Positions 13,466-26,362 of a DNA stretch of 64,000 nucleotides are shown here, in pieces. Under the pieces are notes generated by a model. The model was given only the letters and a program-made list of their open reading frames with translations. It did no database searches and was not told the DNA's origin. Each line of letters starts with the position of its first letter. Position 1 is the first letter of the stretch. The stretch is from Squalus acanthias (lineage: Eukaryota). The position numbers were made by a program, and so were the translations under genes. The DNA lies in NCBI GenBank assembly GCA_030390025.1, contig CM059431.1:114082001-114146000 (forward strand). Reading direction: 5' to 3'.

Positions 13466-13592
13466 AAAGTGTCAGTGGTGACAATGGTAAGGTCGTTGCC
13501 GGTGCCTCATATTCTAACCATGAGTGGACTGAACTCTCAGCCAGCTATACAGGCCATGTGATTTTAACATTTTAACATGTGATTTTAACCAG

Positions 13593-15403
13593 ATGAACCT
13601 TTATAAAACACTGGTCTGACCTCAACTGGAGTATTGTGTCCAATTCTGGGCACTGCACTTTAGGAAGGATGTTTAGAAGAATGAGAGGTGATCTCATTGA
13701 AACATACAAAATTCTTACATGGCTTGACAGGGTAGATGCAGGGAGGATGTTTCCCCTGGCTGGGGAGTCTAGAACCAGGGGTCACAGTCTCAGAATAAGG
13801 GATCGGCCAATTAGGACTGAGATGAGGAGAAATTTCTTCACTCAGAGGGTGGTGAATAGAGTCATAGAGTCACAGAGTTATACAGCACTGAAAGAGGCCC
13901 TTCAGTCCATCGTGTCCGCGCCGGCCATCAAGCCCTATCTATTCTAGTCCCATTTTCCAGCACATGGTCCGTAGCCTTGTATGCTATGGCGTTTCAAGTG
14001 CTCATCTAAATGCTTCTTGAATGTTGTGAGGGTTCCTGCCTCTACCACTCTTTCAGGCAGTGAGGTCCAGATTCCAACCACCCTCTGGGTGAAAAAGTTT
14101 TTCCTCAAATCCCCTCTAAACCTGCTGCCCCTTACCTTGAAACTATGCCCCCTGGTTATTGACCCCTCTACTAAGGGGAAAAGTTCCTTTCTATCTATCC
14201 TACCTATGCCCCTCATAATTTTGTACACCTCAATCAGGTCCCCCCTCAGCCTTCTCTGCTCTAAGGAAAACAACCCCAGCCTGTCCAGTCTCTCTTCATA
14301 GCTGAAGCGCTGCAGCCCAGGTAACATCCTGGTGAATCTCCTCTGCACCCTCTCCAATGCAATCACATCCTTCCTATAGTGTGGCGACCAGAACTGCACA
14401 CAGTATTCCAGCTGTGGCCTAACTAGCGTTTTGTACAGCTCCATCATAACCTCCCTGCTCTTATATTCTATGCCTCGGCTAATGAAGGCAAGTATCCCAT
14501 ATGCCTTTTTAACCACCTTATCTACCTGTCCTGCTGCCTTCAGGGATCTATGTACATGCACACCAAGGTCCCTCTGATCCTCCATCCTTCCTAGGGTCCT
14601 ACCATTCATAGTATATTCCCTTGCCTTGTTAGTCCTCCCAAAATGCATCACCTCACACTTTTCACGGTTAAATTCCATTTGCCACTGAATCTTTGGAATT
14701 CTCTACTCCAGAGGGCTGTGGAGGCTCAGTCGTTGAGTATATTCAAGACAGCGATCGATAGACTTTTGATATTAAGCGAATCAAGGAATACGGGGATAGT
14801 ACAGGAAAGTGGAGTTGAGGTCAAAGATCAGCCATGATCTTATTGAATGGTGGGCAGGCTCAAGAGGCCGAATGGCCTACTCCTGCTCCTATTTCTTATG
14901 TTCTTATGTGAAGGCCTTAGAGAAGGTGCAGAAATGATTTACAAGAATGGTTCCAGGGATGAGGGACTTCAGTTACATGGATAGACTGGAGAAGCTGGGG
15001 TTGTTCTCCTTAGAGCAGAGAAGATTGAGAGGAGATTTGATAGAGGTGTTCAAAATCAGATGGCTATACAGAGCAGATAGAGAGAAACTGTTACCATTGG
15101 CAGAAGGGTCGAGAACCAGAGGACACAGATTTAAGGTGATTGGCAGAAGAATCAAAGGCGACACGAGGAAAAGCTTTTTTACGCAGTGAGTGGTTAGGAT
15201 CTGGAATGCACTGCCTGAGAGGGTGGTGGAGGCAGACTCAATCGTGGCTTTCAAAAGGGAATTGGATAAGTACCTGAAGGAAAAAAAATTGCAGGGCTAC
15301 GGGGAAAGGGCGGGGGAGTGGGACTAGCTGAAGTGTTCTTACAGAGAGCCAGCAGGGGCTCAATGGGCCAAATGACCTCCTTCTGTGCTGTAACCATTCT
15401 ATG
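13593..15403 (+). mobile_element. CR1 (HER1-like) LINE 3' fragment interrupted by a second + CR1 fragment (~13673-14905)
   Basis: The outer copy resumes at ...aaggatgt|gaaggccttagag (ATGT duplicated). RT C-terminal peptides (LEQRRLRGDLIE) and CR1 3' tails are present. Confidence 0.85.
13858..14685 (-). mobile_element. Young 5'-truncated CR1 LINE with an uninterrupted 244-aa ORF2 C-terminus (13944-14678)
   Basis: ORF MEFNREKCEVMHFG...QGYGPCAGKWD; TSD TGAAT (13853-13857, 14686-14690). Confidence 0.9.
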
Positions 15404-15696
15404 CTCTCTGTCACTGGGGAAAGTCTGTGGTCAGGATGGTAAAATCAGAATTGTGACTGCAAAGCAACTGCATGTGCACCAATCTGACATTGCAGCTGGC
15501 TTCAGAAACTGCCCTGCAGTATAAATAAGAAAACTCAGAATTCAGAGAAGCGGAACTTATTATCAAACTGTGTACACTTGAAGAAAAAGCTGTAGCCAAC
15601 CTGACAATATGGAACTTACACATGTTTGCTTTAGATTCTTTTCAAGCACAGGCCAGAGTTGTTCGGACAATTTAAAGAAGTATAATATAATTGTAT

Positions 15697-16136
15697 AAAG
15701 AAAGGCTTGCATTTATTGTTGCATCTCTCAGCAACATTTCAGTGCTTCACGTGAAATGAATGACAGTTACCATTATTATGTAGGCACAGTCATCTTCTGC
15801 ACAGCGAGGTCCCACAAACAGCATTGAGATGAATTTTAAAAAAATCTGTTTTTGGTGGTATTAGTTGAGGGAGGAATGCTGGCCAGGACGCAAGGAGAAC
15901 TTAATACTCTTCTTCAAATAGTGTCATATGATCTTTAACAGCCAACTGAGCCACAAGAACAGCCTTGCTAAGGTCCTCAGTTTAACATCTCATTCAAAGG
16001 ACTCTACCTCTGGCAATGCAGTGCTCATTCTAGTACTGTAGTAGAGTGTCAGCCTAGATTATGCACTCAAGTCCTGGGATGGGGCTTGAAACCACAACCT
16101 TCTGACTCAGAGGCAAAAGTATTAACAACTGAGCCA
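15697..16136 (-). mobile_element. Older, diverged Deu-SINE
   Basis: Colinear with the other copies, including the tRNA head, but more diverged. Confidence 0.8.
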
Positions 16137-16347
16137 TATATAAGTAAATACAAGGTGTTAGCTTGAACTTAGAAGAAAATTGCTACGGAAATATGAAAGA
16201 ATAAGACTATAAACAATTCAATGAAGACATATTCCAAAGACAGGAATCAGTGCATCACAAAGGAAGCTGGAACTATTTTGACATAGCAGTTAAACGATTA
16301 CTTGATCAAAGTGCTCTTATATTTTCAAATTAACATCATTTAAGAAA

Positions 16348-16545
16348 AGGTGGTGGAAGCAGATTCAATAGTATCTTTCAAAATGGAATTGGATCTATAC
16401 TTGAAAAGGAGAAATGTGCAGGGCTATGGGCAAAGAACAGGGGGGAGTGGGACTAATTGGATAGCTCTTTCAAAGAGCCGGCACCAACACGATGGGCCGA
16501 ATGGCTTCCTTCTGTGCTGTTACTTCTATGATTCTACGATTCTAG
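16348..16545 (+). mobile_element. CR1 3' end fragment
   Basis: VVEADSIVSFKMELD...QGYG peptide and the gggccgaatggc...ttctatgattcta tail. Confidence 0.85.
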
Positions 16546-16818
16546 ACGATAGGGCCAGAATTTCCTGGATCGCACTTATGCAGAAAGTGTGCCAAAATTC
16601 ATGCCACCTACTACGCCGATCTTGCCAACGGGAACTTATGCAACAATTTCCTGTGGAGCATATTTGCCTTCGCCAGAATGTAAAAATCAGCGTATAACAA
16701 GCGCAACTGCAGTGCCACAAATAAAGGAAATATATCGGGCTGCTGTCTTCTGTCATGGCGCCTCACTCTCCGAGCCTCTTTCCTCTGCTGCTCCCCTTCC
16801 TCTCCCATTATTATGCAG

Positions 16819-17198
16819 TCATGATGTGGAGATGCCGGCGTTGGACTGGGGTGGACAAAAATGAGAAGTCGCACAACACCAGGTTATAGTCCAACAGATT
16901 TATTTAATTTTACAAGCTTTCGGAACAGTTCGCTCCTTCGTCAGGTAAGTTAGCAGTGAGAGAATCTCCCAGAATTCACAATTTAAACACAGACAAAATA
17001 TATTCAAATCTTTCCTACATCAAAGAGCACAGCCAAGACAATGAGATGTGTCCCAGGGGGTCCAACGTGTCAAACCACCTGCTGGCTGGGAGATTCTCTC
17101 ACTGCTAACTTACCTGACGAAGGAGCGAACTGTTCCGAAAGCTTGTAAAATTAAATAAATCTGTTGGACTATAACCTGGTGTTGTGCGACTTCTCATT
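16819..17198. mobile_element. Penelope-like element remnant with an inverted pseudo-LTR
   Basis: Perfect 113-bp inverted arms 16860-16972 / 17086-17198. Shark Penelope-type tail (ggactataacctggtgttgtg...cgccggcatctccacatcat). 13-bp TSD CATTATTATGCAG (16806-16818, 17195-17207). Confidence 0.9.
17110..17148 (+). ncRNA. Minimal type I hammerhead ribozyme (mirror copy on - at 16910-16948)
   Basis: Layout: ttac-CTGACGA-A-GGAGC-gaact-GTTCC-GAAA-GC-TT-gtaa. Conserved core boxes, helix I ttac/gtaa, helix II ggagc/gttcc, palindromic helix III AGCT. Confidence 0.8.
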
Positions 17199-17678
17199 AT
17201 TATGCAGAGCAGGGGACTGCCCATTGCAAAGTCCATTCCAGCTGCATCATCCTTCTGAACGCGTGCGGGAAGTGGGGGGTTCAAAAAATTTCAGATGCAC
17301 TGAGACTGACAGCATTTTGGTTAAATCTACTGCAGGTCTTGTAAGAAAAAGAAAAAAAACGTCAAGAAAATCACTGTCAAACGCCAGAAATCTCAGTTAC
17401 TCCAATATCAGATGACTTTGGGCTGTACTGCACCTAAATATTTGGGCTTCAATCTACGGCAGTGCATTATTTGCACAAATCTTGGACAGTAGTGTGAGCT
17501 GGTCTTTTGCACAGGGGCGGAGCTATGTAAATGAGCGGCAAAGTGACACAAAGAATCGAGGAATTTGGCATTAAGCCGCTGTAAATCAGTTACGCATGAG
17601 ATTCCTAGGAGAAAATTGGCGCAACTCTGTTCTTATGCTGCCATTACGCTGAATCTTTCCAGGAGATTCGAGGATTAA

Positions 17679-20600
17679 GGGCTGGCTTTTACGAACCTCG
17701 GCGGGTCCGTGGCGGGCGATGTCGGTGACGGGTCCCGACTTCGCTGCTGTCTCAATCCCTGTCTCTGAAATGCATTTCCCCTGATTGTGTTTGTTAAGCC
17801 CGCCCAGCGCCAATTAGAGGAAGCGGCTCTGGTGGTGTCATTTGATGACGTGTCATCAGCCGGTTTCCTTACAGGGACCAGGGCCAACTTCCTTTTGACA
17901 TTTGTGCTGTCAGCGTTCTACACCATTGAGGTGCTGCAAACGCTGACAAGCACTGCACAGAGGTGCATGGCTGCACCCAGGTTCTCCCATGACTTCCTCC
18001 TTATGCTTGTATCCCCTGGACCTGATGGCCTACATCCTAGGGTTCTAAAAGAGGTGGCTGAAGAGATAGTGGATGCATTGGTTTTGATCTTCCAAAATTC
18101 CCTAGATTCTGGAATAGTCCCAGCGGATTGGAAGGTCGCAAATGTAACACCGCTATTTAAGAAAGGAGGGAGAGAACAAACAGGGAACTACAGGCCAGTT
18201 AGCCTGACATCAGTCATCGGGAAAATGCTGGAATCCATTGTTAAGGAAGTGGTATCAAGTCACTTAGAAAATCATAACATGATTAGGCAGAGTCAATATG
18301 GTTTTATGAAAGGGATATCGTGTTTGACAAATTTATTGTTTTTCAGGTTGGCAGGCTGTAACTAGTGGGGTGCCGCAAAGATTAGTGTTGGGGTCTCAGC
18401 TATTTACAATCTATATTAATGACCTAGATGAAGGGACCGAGTGTAATGTATCCAAGTTTGCTGATGATACAAAGCTAGGTGGGACAGTAAGTTGTGAGGA
18501 GAACACAAAGAGTCTGCAAAGGGATATAGATAGACTAAGTGGGTGGGCAGTAAGGTGGCAGATGGAGTATAATGAAGAGAAATGTGAGGTTATTCACTTT
18601 GGTAGGAAGAATAGAAAAACAGATTATTTTTTAAATGGTGAGAAACTTTCAAATGTTGGTGTTCAGAGAGATTTGGGTGTCCTCATGCAAGAAACACAGA
18701 AAGCTAGCATGCAGGTACAGCAAGCAGTAAGGAAGGCAAATGGCATGTTGGCCTTTATTGCAAGGGGGTTGGAGTATAAGAGTAAGGAAGTCTTGCTACA
18801 ATTGTACAGGGCCTTGGTGAGACCACACCTGGAGTACTGTGTACAGTTTTGGTGTCCTTATCCAAGGAAGGATATACTTGCCTTGGAGGCGGTGCAACGA
18901 AGGTTCACTAGATTGATTCCTGGGATGAGAGGGCTGTCCTATGATGAGAGATTGTGTAGAATGGGCCTATACTCTCTGGAGTTTAGAAGAATGAGAGGTG
19001 ATCTCATTGAAACATACAAGATTCTGAAGGGGATTGACAGGGTAGATGCTGAGAGGTTGCTTCCCCTGGCTGGAGTATCTAGAACTATGGGGCATAGTCT
19101 CCGGATAAGGGGTAGGCCATTTAAAAGCTGAGATGAGGAGGAGTTTCTTCACTCAGAGGGTTGTGAATCTTTGGAATTCTCTGCCCCAGAGGGCTGTGAA
19201 TGCTGAGTCTTTGAGCACATTCAAGGTTGAGATAGATAGATTTTTGGACTCTAGGGGAATCAAGGGATATGGAGATCGGGCGGGAAAGTGGAGTTGAGGT
19301 CAATGATCAGCCATGATCTTATTGAATGGCGGAGCAGGCTCGAGGGGCCATATGGCCTACTCCTGCTCTTATTTCTTATGGAGGGAGTCACAGCACGCAG
19401 GGAGGCCCTTTTCCCTTCCCATGGGTGGAAGAGACCTCCCTAGGAGATCAACACAGCCTGGTTGCACATTGCAGAGGAGGGCACAAGCAGGGATGTGGTC
19501 AGGAGGACCTGGCTGCAATGCCGCAAACTTTTCAATGATCTCAGTAGATCACGAAACATGAGTACAAAACCACACTCAACCTCATTCTGCTGTGCCTCTC
19601 ATCACATCCCCATCACTCTGCCTTCCCTACCCTACTCCTGCACATCCTTACTCACACCAAGTTACCTTGCACCTCCACCCATCTCTCTCTATCTACATTA
19701 TCACATTCCCATCTCACTAGCCACCCCTCACACTCACCCTCATCCTAGTGCAATCATACCAACTAACAACACACAGTGGTAGGCACTTGGGTGTTTTATG
19801 CAATATTCATGTAAAGTTTCTGTGAATGTGTTGTCAAACATTGAATCTTTTATTTTCAACACTTTGCGTTCTTGGACAGATTTGTGTGCACCTTTGGAAA
19901 TGGCTTAGTGAGTTGCAGTGAATGGTGAGACATAACAGTACTCCCCCCGCAATGGTGATGAGTGTGAAAGGAATGGGTTGGGCATTGTAGGGATGCTTTA
20001 TGGTGTTGGTGTGGGGTGGTGTCAATCTGGCGCATCATGTGGTAGCCAGGGTGTACAGCATCAAGTGAAGTAAATTTGGCCATGGTGAGGCCAACCCTGG
20101 CCTCCCGGGCAGCAATGTGGTCAGGTGCTGATGCTCTGTGTCCTGTGCAGAATCAGTTGATTGCGGAGAAGGTTGGTGTTGATGCTGGTGTGCCTGGTGA
20201 TGCTGGTGTTGGGGCTGATCGTGGTGGGATTCTGAGGACCAAGGTGAGAGAGTTTCAAGGGCACTGATGCTGATGGAACAGATGGCAGGTGAAGTAGAGA
20301 TGACAGAAGCGATCTGCCAATGGTGGGAAAGGTAATGAGGTCAGACTGGATGGAAACTTGTGTAAAGACTTGCACCATCCTGAATCTGTTGTGGAAATGC
20401 AGTTTAGAGAAGCTAGTGGTTAAGGGAACATTTCTCAGTCAGCTGGGAGCTTTGACTTGACATTTGAAGCTGTCAACTCATCAGCTGATTAAATGGCCAC
20501 TGACCTCCCACCTCAGCTTCACAGATGAGGTCTAGGCACAGCAGGAAACTGGTGGGCAACCTATCAAATCCAAAAAGCTGGGAAAAAACCATTGATAAGT

Positions 20601-20804
20601 GGCTGTAACCAAGCCACTAATGATTTTAATTGCCTCCCTCGCCGCTGCGTGTCGGGTCTGCTCAGCGCTTACAGACCTGACATTTGGTAAAGGCGCATGG
20701 CGGCGGGTTCACAGTGGGGTCCTGACCCGCTGGGGGAAAAAAACACTTTCCCACCCGACCCGCCACCAATCGCGCCCGCTGACCCCCCCCGCAAAATCCA
20801 GCCG
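17679..20804 (+). mobile_element. Non-autonomous Harbinger element (same family as 76-2643), interrupted by CR1
   Basis: TIRs gggctggctttt / aaaatccagccg. The Myb/SANT relic (MAAPRFSHD...WLQCRKLFNDLSRS) is split by a LINE. The TSD is not clean. Confidence 0.85.
18010..19380 (+). mobile_element. CR1 LINE ORF2 fragment with an internal deletion
   Basis: SPGPDGLHPRVLKE...NYRPVSLTS, then ORF 18370-19131 with FADDTKL; CR1 3' tail. Confidence 0.9.
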
Positions 20805-20940
20805 ATAGACTTAAATAGGGAGAGTGTGATTATTACCCATTGCTTTACTGAAGAGGGGTAACTTTGCTCAGTACATAGTGCAATCCTTAAAATTAATGAA
20901 AGAAATAATTTGAATACTACTGATACACTATGTTAAGTAA

Positions 20941-21210
20941 AAGAAAAAAGAAAGACTTGCATTTCTATAGCACCTTTCACGACCACCGGACGTCTCAAAG
21001 TGCTTTACAGCCAATGAAGTACTTTTGAAGTGGAGTCACTGTTGTAATGTAGGAAACGCGGCAGCCAATTTGCGCACAGCAAGGTCCCACAAACAGCAAT
21101 GTGATAATGACCAGATAATCTGTTTTAGTGATGTTGATTGAGGGATAAATATTGGCCAGGACACCGGGGAGAACTCCCCTGCTCTTCTTCAAAATGGTGC
21201 CATGGGATCT
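20941..21210 (-). mobile_element. Deu-SINE, 3' half
   Basis: Matches the other copies. Confidence 0.9.
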
Positions 21211-22950
21211 GTACTATACTACAATATACTACGGCTATAATACAGCAATTCTGCAACTAGCTTAGTTATATTGAATTGAACAAAGTTAATACTGTCTTAT
21301 TGTAATTCCAAGTAATTGATCTGTTTATGGCGATTAAATTGACAGCCTCTTAATCCTTCACTTAATAAATTACTGTAACAAAGAAGCTGTACATCAAAAT
21401 TACAGAGTAAATTTTATGATTCAGGACTGCTGGCACAGAGCTTTGTGCGATGGGGACGTAATTCAAAAATTCAGATGTATAAGTCAGTTCTCCCAATTCA
21501 GTCCTCCCAATTTTCTGATTATTAATTTTAATGACCGGAGCATTGAGAGAGCTGTGAATCAGGTGCGATGACTACTGCACCAGGATTGTCTTGTCTAACC
21601 TTCCCATTGGTCGCAGGACCATTAATTCATAATTTTTACCCCTGCCTTTCCTCTAAATCTTCTGCACTGTTCACAATACGTGACTCTTCCATACATTCAA
21701 AGCCCTTGTGATCATCTGTTTAAATGCCAGTTGTTGTCGGTGCATAAACACATGTACAGTGTGTACCAACACACACCTGTCAATGTTGGTAATCAACCAC
21801 CATTACAGGTACTTTACTGAAAAATTGCCTGTTGCTCAATCCTTCCGCTGGCCCAGCACCAGTAAGTCTGGCAATATTCGATACTTTATGTAAAGAAGGC
21901 TACTTATGTCTGCACTTTCACTTAGTCATATAGCAGGTTATGTAAATATTTCACATTACAGATATATGTATTTTTTATTCAAATGTCCTCTATATTTAAA
22001 AATGGCCTGTGTATGTAGCATCCCATCCCTGCTCTTTAAAAATAGTCGATTCTGTTGGTTTTATGTTATTATTATATATCACAAAAATTGTCACTTTCAT
22101 TATACCTTGATGCATGTTGACTAGTTCGGATTTTCAGCCTGCAGATCACAGATGTGATGCTCCTAATGAACCTCTGTTCCATATGGTGAGAGCAAAGATG
22201 AAACACTCTTACAGAAGTGATGAGTCTCTTAGCTGCAATTTTTTTTTTTTGCTTTCTCACATCTAACCACAGAGAGGTTTGGTTGCTTCTGTACAATTGT
22301 CTGGTGGTCATCATCTTCATCCCCTCTGGGAATCTGATGCCCAATCAGCAAGCTAAGGACAGATGTCAAAGTCCCATTGAAACCAGGGCCTGGCAGGATT
22401 GCTTACTTGCTCTCCCACAGGCTCATGGATCAAAGCTAGCAGTGACAACTGTTTGCATTTACTGCCTCTTATTTTCTTCTCACATTTTGCTTTTGCCTTG
22501 AGCTACACTGAGCTGAGACGCGCTTGTGTTAATGCAGCAGTGCAAGCAGTGGCACGCTATCTGCCCCTATTACCGCTGTCAGTCCCCACTGCAGTCTGGC
22601 TCAGGGTGCTTTTTTGCAGCCCTCTTCCAGACCTTATTTGCTGAGCATTAACAACACGAATTGCAAGAGACTGAAAAGCACAGCATGGTGGCTTCAGCTC
22701 TGAGTGCTCAACTGGCAGCTCCCTAAAGCAGCCAGCATTCTGCTGTCTATCCCGTCCTTTATAATGTTAGGAAATACAAATTCTGTTTTACAAATGAAAA
22801 TATGATTGGTGCATGAGCATCACAATTGGAATGTTTGAATTTTTTTTATTAAGGATGGTTTGCAAAAATACTATAAATTTTAGTAATTTTTTCCCCCCGA
22901 TTCTCTCACCTTACATCCTCCATCCCCTCCTGAAGGTTAAAATGACAGAA

Positions 22951-23250
22951 AAAAGAAAGAAAGACTTGCATTTAGATAACACCTTTCATGATAAGCACTT
23001 TACAACCAATGAAGTACTTTTGAAGTGTAGCCACTATTGTCATGTGGGAAATGCAGCAGCCAATTTGCACACAGCAAGTTCCCACAAACAGCAATTTGAT
23101 AATGACCAGATAATATTTGTTTTGAGTGATATTGGTTGAGGGATAAATATTGGCTAGGACTCCCCTGCTCTTCTTCGAAATAGCGCCATGGGATCTTTTA
23201 TGCCCACCTGAGAGGGCAGACCGGGCCTTGGTTTAACGTCTCATCCAAAA
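22951..23250 (-). mobile_element. Deu-SINE, partial
   Basis: Matches the other copies. Confidence 0.85.
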
Positions 23251-23279
23251 TGCGGATCAATGCGTGGTGTGGTACAGTG

Positions 23280-23535
23280 CCTCACGTACCAGCAACTCTC
23301 TAGTATATTGCCCAAGTGACCATTTTTCATGGGTGCGCTTCAGCTGCCTACTCGATTGTGGGGGCATCGCAGCGAAGCCTGATCCCATCTCACCTAACAT
23401 TCTTCTATCGTCATTCTATCCATCAGTGGGGTCACTGGATAATGAGCAGAAGTGGATGGTTTTACCCCTCCCTAGCCTCCGAGCATTGAGGCTCATAATT
23501 GCACCACATTGTTGCCTGGCTGGGATCAACTATGT
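23280..23535 (-). mobile_element. Old SINE-like repeat of a second family
   Basis: The reverse complement is colinear with 45490-45750 (tccagtgaccc/ctcc..., atgcccccaca/ggccccca, gaatag/gagtagg). Confidence 0.55.
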
Positions 23536-24128
23536 TTCTAAAATTATACCTCACTGGCTCGGCAACGAGGAGACATGCATGGTTAATATGGGAAGAAGGC
23601 TTTACCAGTTTTTCTTCCACCTCTCAGAAGGAGTGCCAGAGACTGGGGAAGTTCATTGCTACTGAAATCCAAGTCTGATTGTTGGTTAGGGGAGATTCAA
23701 ACTTGAAGCTGTGAGATTGGGTGATTCAGCCTCAGCTCGGTCTCTTCTTAATACGTAACAACAGTCAGTGTGCTTCAGTTCATTGCTTGAAGGACTTCGA
23801 GAGGTTTTGTTGACGTGATACAGCACCATATAAATGGAAATGATGATCTCTTTCTGTTTTGGGACTTAAATACTCTCACATCATAGTAACAGAGAACCAA
23901 TTTTATGCTATTTGATTTCCTCTTGTAATTTAAAAGTTCATAAAACAATAAAAGTATTTTCAAGCATGTAAACCAAAAATAATACATAAATTCATAGTAA
24001 TGAATCATTTGCTGTTGTGGTTTTTATCAAGGGTATAGATTCGGTTTTTGGAGCACATAAAATTTGAGCCTGCACAAATCTAAAGATCTACGCCTAGGAT
24101 TTCTGTGGGAGATACTTCCAATAGCGTC

Positions 24129-24504
24129 AGCAGTGGCTCAGTTGGTTGCACTCTTGCCTCTGAGTTATAAGGTTGTGGGTTCAAGTCCCACTGAGCACAA
24201 AATAGGCTGACACTCCAGTGCAGTACATAAAAGATCCGATGGCACTATTTCGAAGAAGAGCAGGGGCGTTATCCCCAATGTCCTAGCCAATATTTATCCC
24301 ACAATCAACATCTAAAAAAAGCCAGATTATCTGGTCGTTATCACATTATTGTTTGTGGGAGCTTGCTGTGCGCAATTTGACTGCCGCGTTTCCTACATTA
24401 CAACAGTGACTACACTTCAAAAAATACTTCATTGGCTGTAAAGCGCTTTGGGATGTCTGGTGCTCGTGAAAGGCGCCGTATAAATGCAAGTCTTTTTTTT
24501 CTTT
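24129..24504 (+). mobile_element. Deu-SINE with an internal deletion
   Basis: tRNA head cagtggctcagttggttgc...gggttcaagtc, Deu body and T-rich tail. Confidence 0.9.
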
Positions 24505-24764
24505 CAATCATTTGCTGTGACTTCAACAGAAAATTGGTGGAAATCCGGAGAAACGGCATAAACAGCCATTAACACCGTTTCTCTGGGGTTTCTGCCGATC
24601 TTCTGCCGAATCTACAGCAGGAGATTGAGGGACCACCCCCCTCTCCCCCCAACCTTCCCCCTTCCCCACCACCACCGTGGAAATTCTATCCCTGTGAATA
24701 GAAATTTGAGTGATTAGCCTATTTACCAGTCTCGGCATGCTCAGGCAGCACACACCCCAACTGA

Positions 24765-25268
24765 GAGGCCCGAAGCTGGCTCAAAACTGGGCCTCGGGCC
24801 TCAATTATAATTTATGTGCTGGCTGTCGCTGCCTGTCGTTCCACCACAGGCTTCTCGGACATTTGAAGAGCACGGATGTCAGGCCGCTAGCCTCGCCAGC
24901 AGCAGCTTGGAGATAAGTCCCGAGAGGGTTTTTTTGGAGTGGGCAGCAGGAGGGTGGGGGTTCACGTCACATGTGGAGTTGGTGAAGCACTCCTGCTCCT
25001 CCTGGCTCCACAGGAAGTTCTTTTGTAAAAATTTTCATTAAAAATACTTACCTTTAGTTGCTGGCTGCTGAAGAATCCTGATTGGGGCAGGCCTGACATC
25101 TAGCTTGATCATCGCTGCCCAATTTATGTGAGGGGACCTAAAATAGATATTGGGCCCCTCGTTTACATATGTAAGGGACCTAACTCCTGTTTTGGGCGAT
25201 CACCTGTAAAATGGCTTGACCCAATTTCAGGTCGGATGTATTTTAGACGTCCTTCTGGTGCAGGCCCC
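24765..25268. mobile_element. Decayed MITE-like element
   Basis: GC-rich and similar to 63885-64000 (ttacatatgtaagg, ttttag(a/g)cgtcc). Confidence 0.4.
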
Positions 25269-26057
25269 AAAATTGCACTTTGTTGCACATGTTTTATGCT
25301 TGTAAAACTGGCACAGGTAGATCCAGTTTCTAGCCCCTGATCTTAATGGTCAGGGCATAACTTTCCATAGAGAGCACAATATGTCCTCCCCCCACCCCCA
25401 TTATTCTGGCTGGGAAAGTAATTCATACCGAGGTCTATATTGCTACACATTAGATACAGATCCCAGACTCATCAGCTTGCCATCACCGTCAATGTTAAAT
25501 GGATGTACATTCTACCACTAGGCCACCAGAGAAAGATACAAATGTAATATTAGAGACCCACAGATTGGATATCCTCTTTACTAGACTGTCAAAAGGTGAC
25601 CATGGCCTCAGACTACAAAGAAATAGATGCACCCGATGGATTACTATGTAATTAAAACGTGTAGGCTTCGAAATTCCAATCAGGACCAAGGTGGAAATCT
25701 GGTTGAACTTTGAATCAGGGATTAGAAAGTGGGGTAGAACTAGGATAAACTGGGATTCTACCCCACGTTTCTGCTTGTGTCAATTTCCAGTGGGGAAGGC
25801 ATGGGTGGCTCTTCTGTCTGTCTGCCCCATGTCAAGAAGGTGTGAGGTCCCAGAAAAGACCCCGGACTTTGCCAGTACTGAGGTAATCAACCCTCAAGGG
25901 GATCAATGGGTTTAATTTAAACATGAAGCTCGAGGAACAGCATCTTATCTTTCTATTAGGCACTTTACAACCTTCCGGACTCAACATTGAGTTCAACAAT
26001 TTCAGATCATAACCACTGCCCCGAGTTTTACCGGACAGCAGGTGTTGGTAATGATTC

Positions 26058-26362
26058 TGCTGTAGCCATTTACAGCTCTTCTACACCCATCTTTTGTTTC
26101 TTTACTTGTCCCATTGCCACTCCCTTTTGCCTTTCACCATCATCCCTTTTGTCATTTAATCACTCCTGCCTTCCACCCTATCACAGACCTTCCCTCTTGT
26201 TCTTTCCGCCCCTCACCCCCTTCCCCTGCCTCTATACCTGTTACATCTCTAACTTTTGCCAGTTCTAACGAAAGGTCATCGACCTGAAACGTTAACTCTG
26301 TTTCTGTCTCCACAGATGCTGCCTGACCGGTTGAGTATTTCCTCTATTTTCTGTTTTAATTT
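26058..26362 (+). mobile_element. Penelope-derived pLTR fragment with a core-mutated hammerhead (26261-26297)
   Basis: Reverse-complement match to 43351-43627. Layout: agtt-CTAACGA-A-AGGTC-atc-GACCT-GAAA-CG-TT-aact. Confidence 0.75.

Larger units (their letters stand above)
16552..17670. mobile_element. Decayed Harbinger-type MITE hosting the Penelope insertion
   Basis: TIR-like gggccagaatttcctgg ... ccaggagattc; the right end is degenerate. Confidence 0.45.

Noticed and set aside
17787..18365. 192-aa ORF fusing a Myb-like start to an RT-like sequence (similarly 33053-33793)
   Set aside because: Chance read-through across TE insertion junctions, not a real chimeric gene.
25495..25689. Weak Penelope-RT-like peptide (KPT...LVKRI)
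   Set aside because: Too degenerate to call without a profile search.
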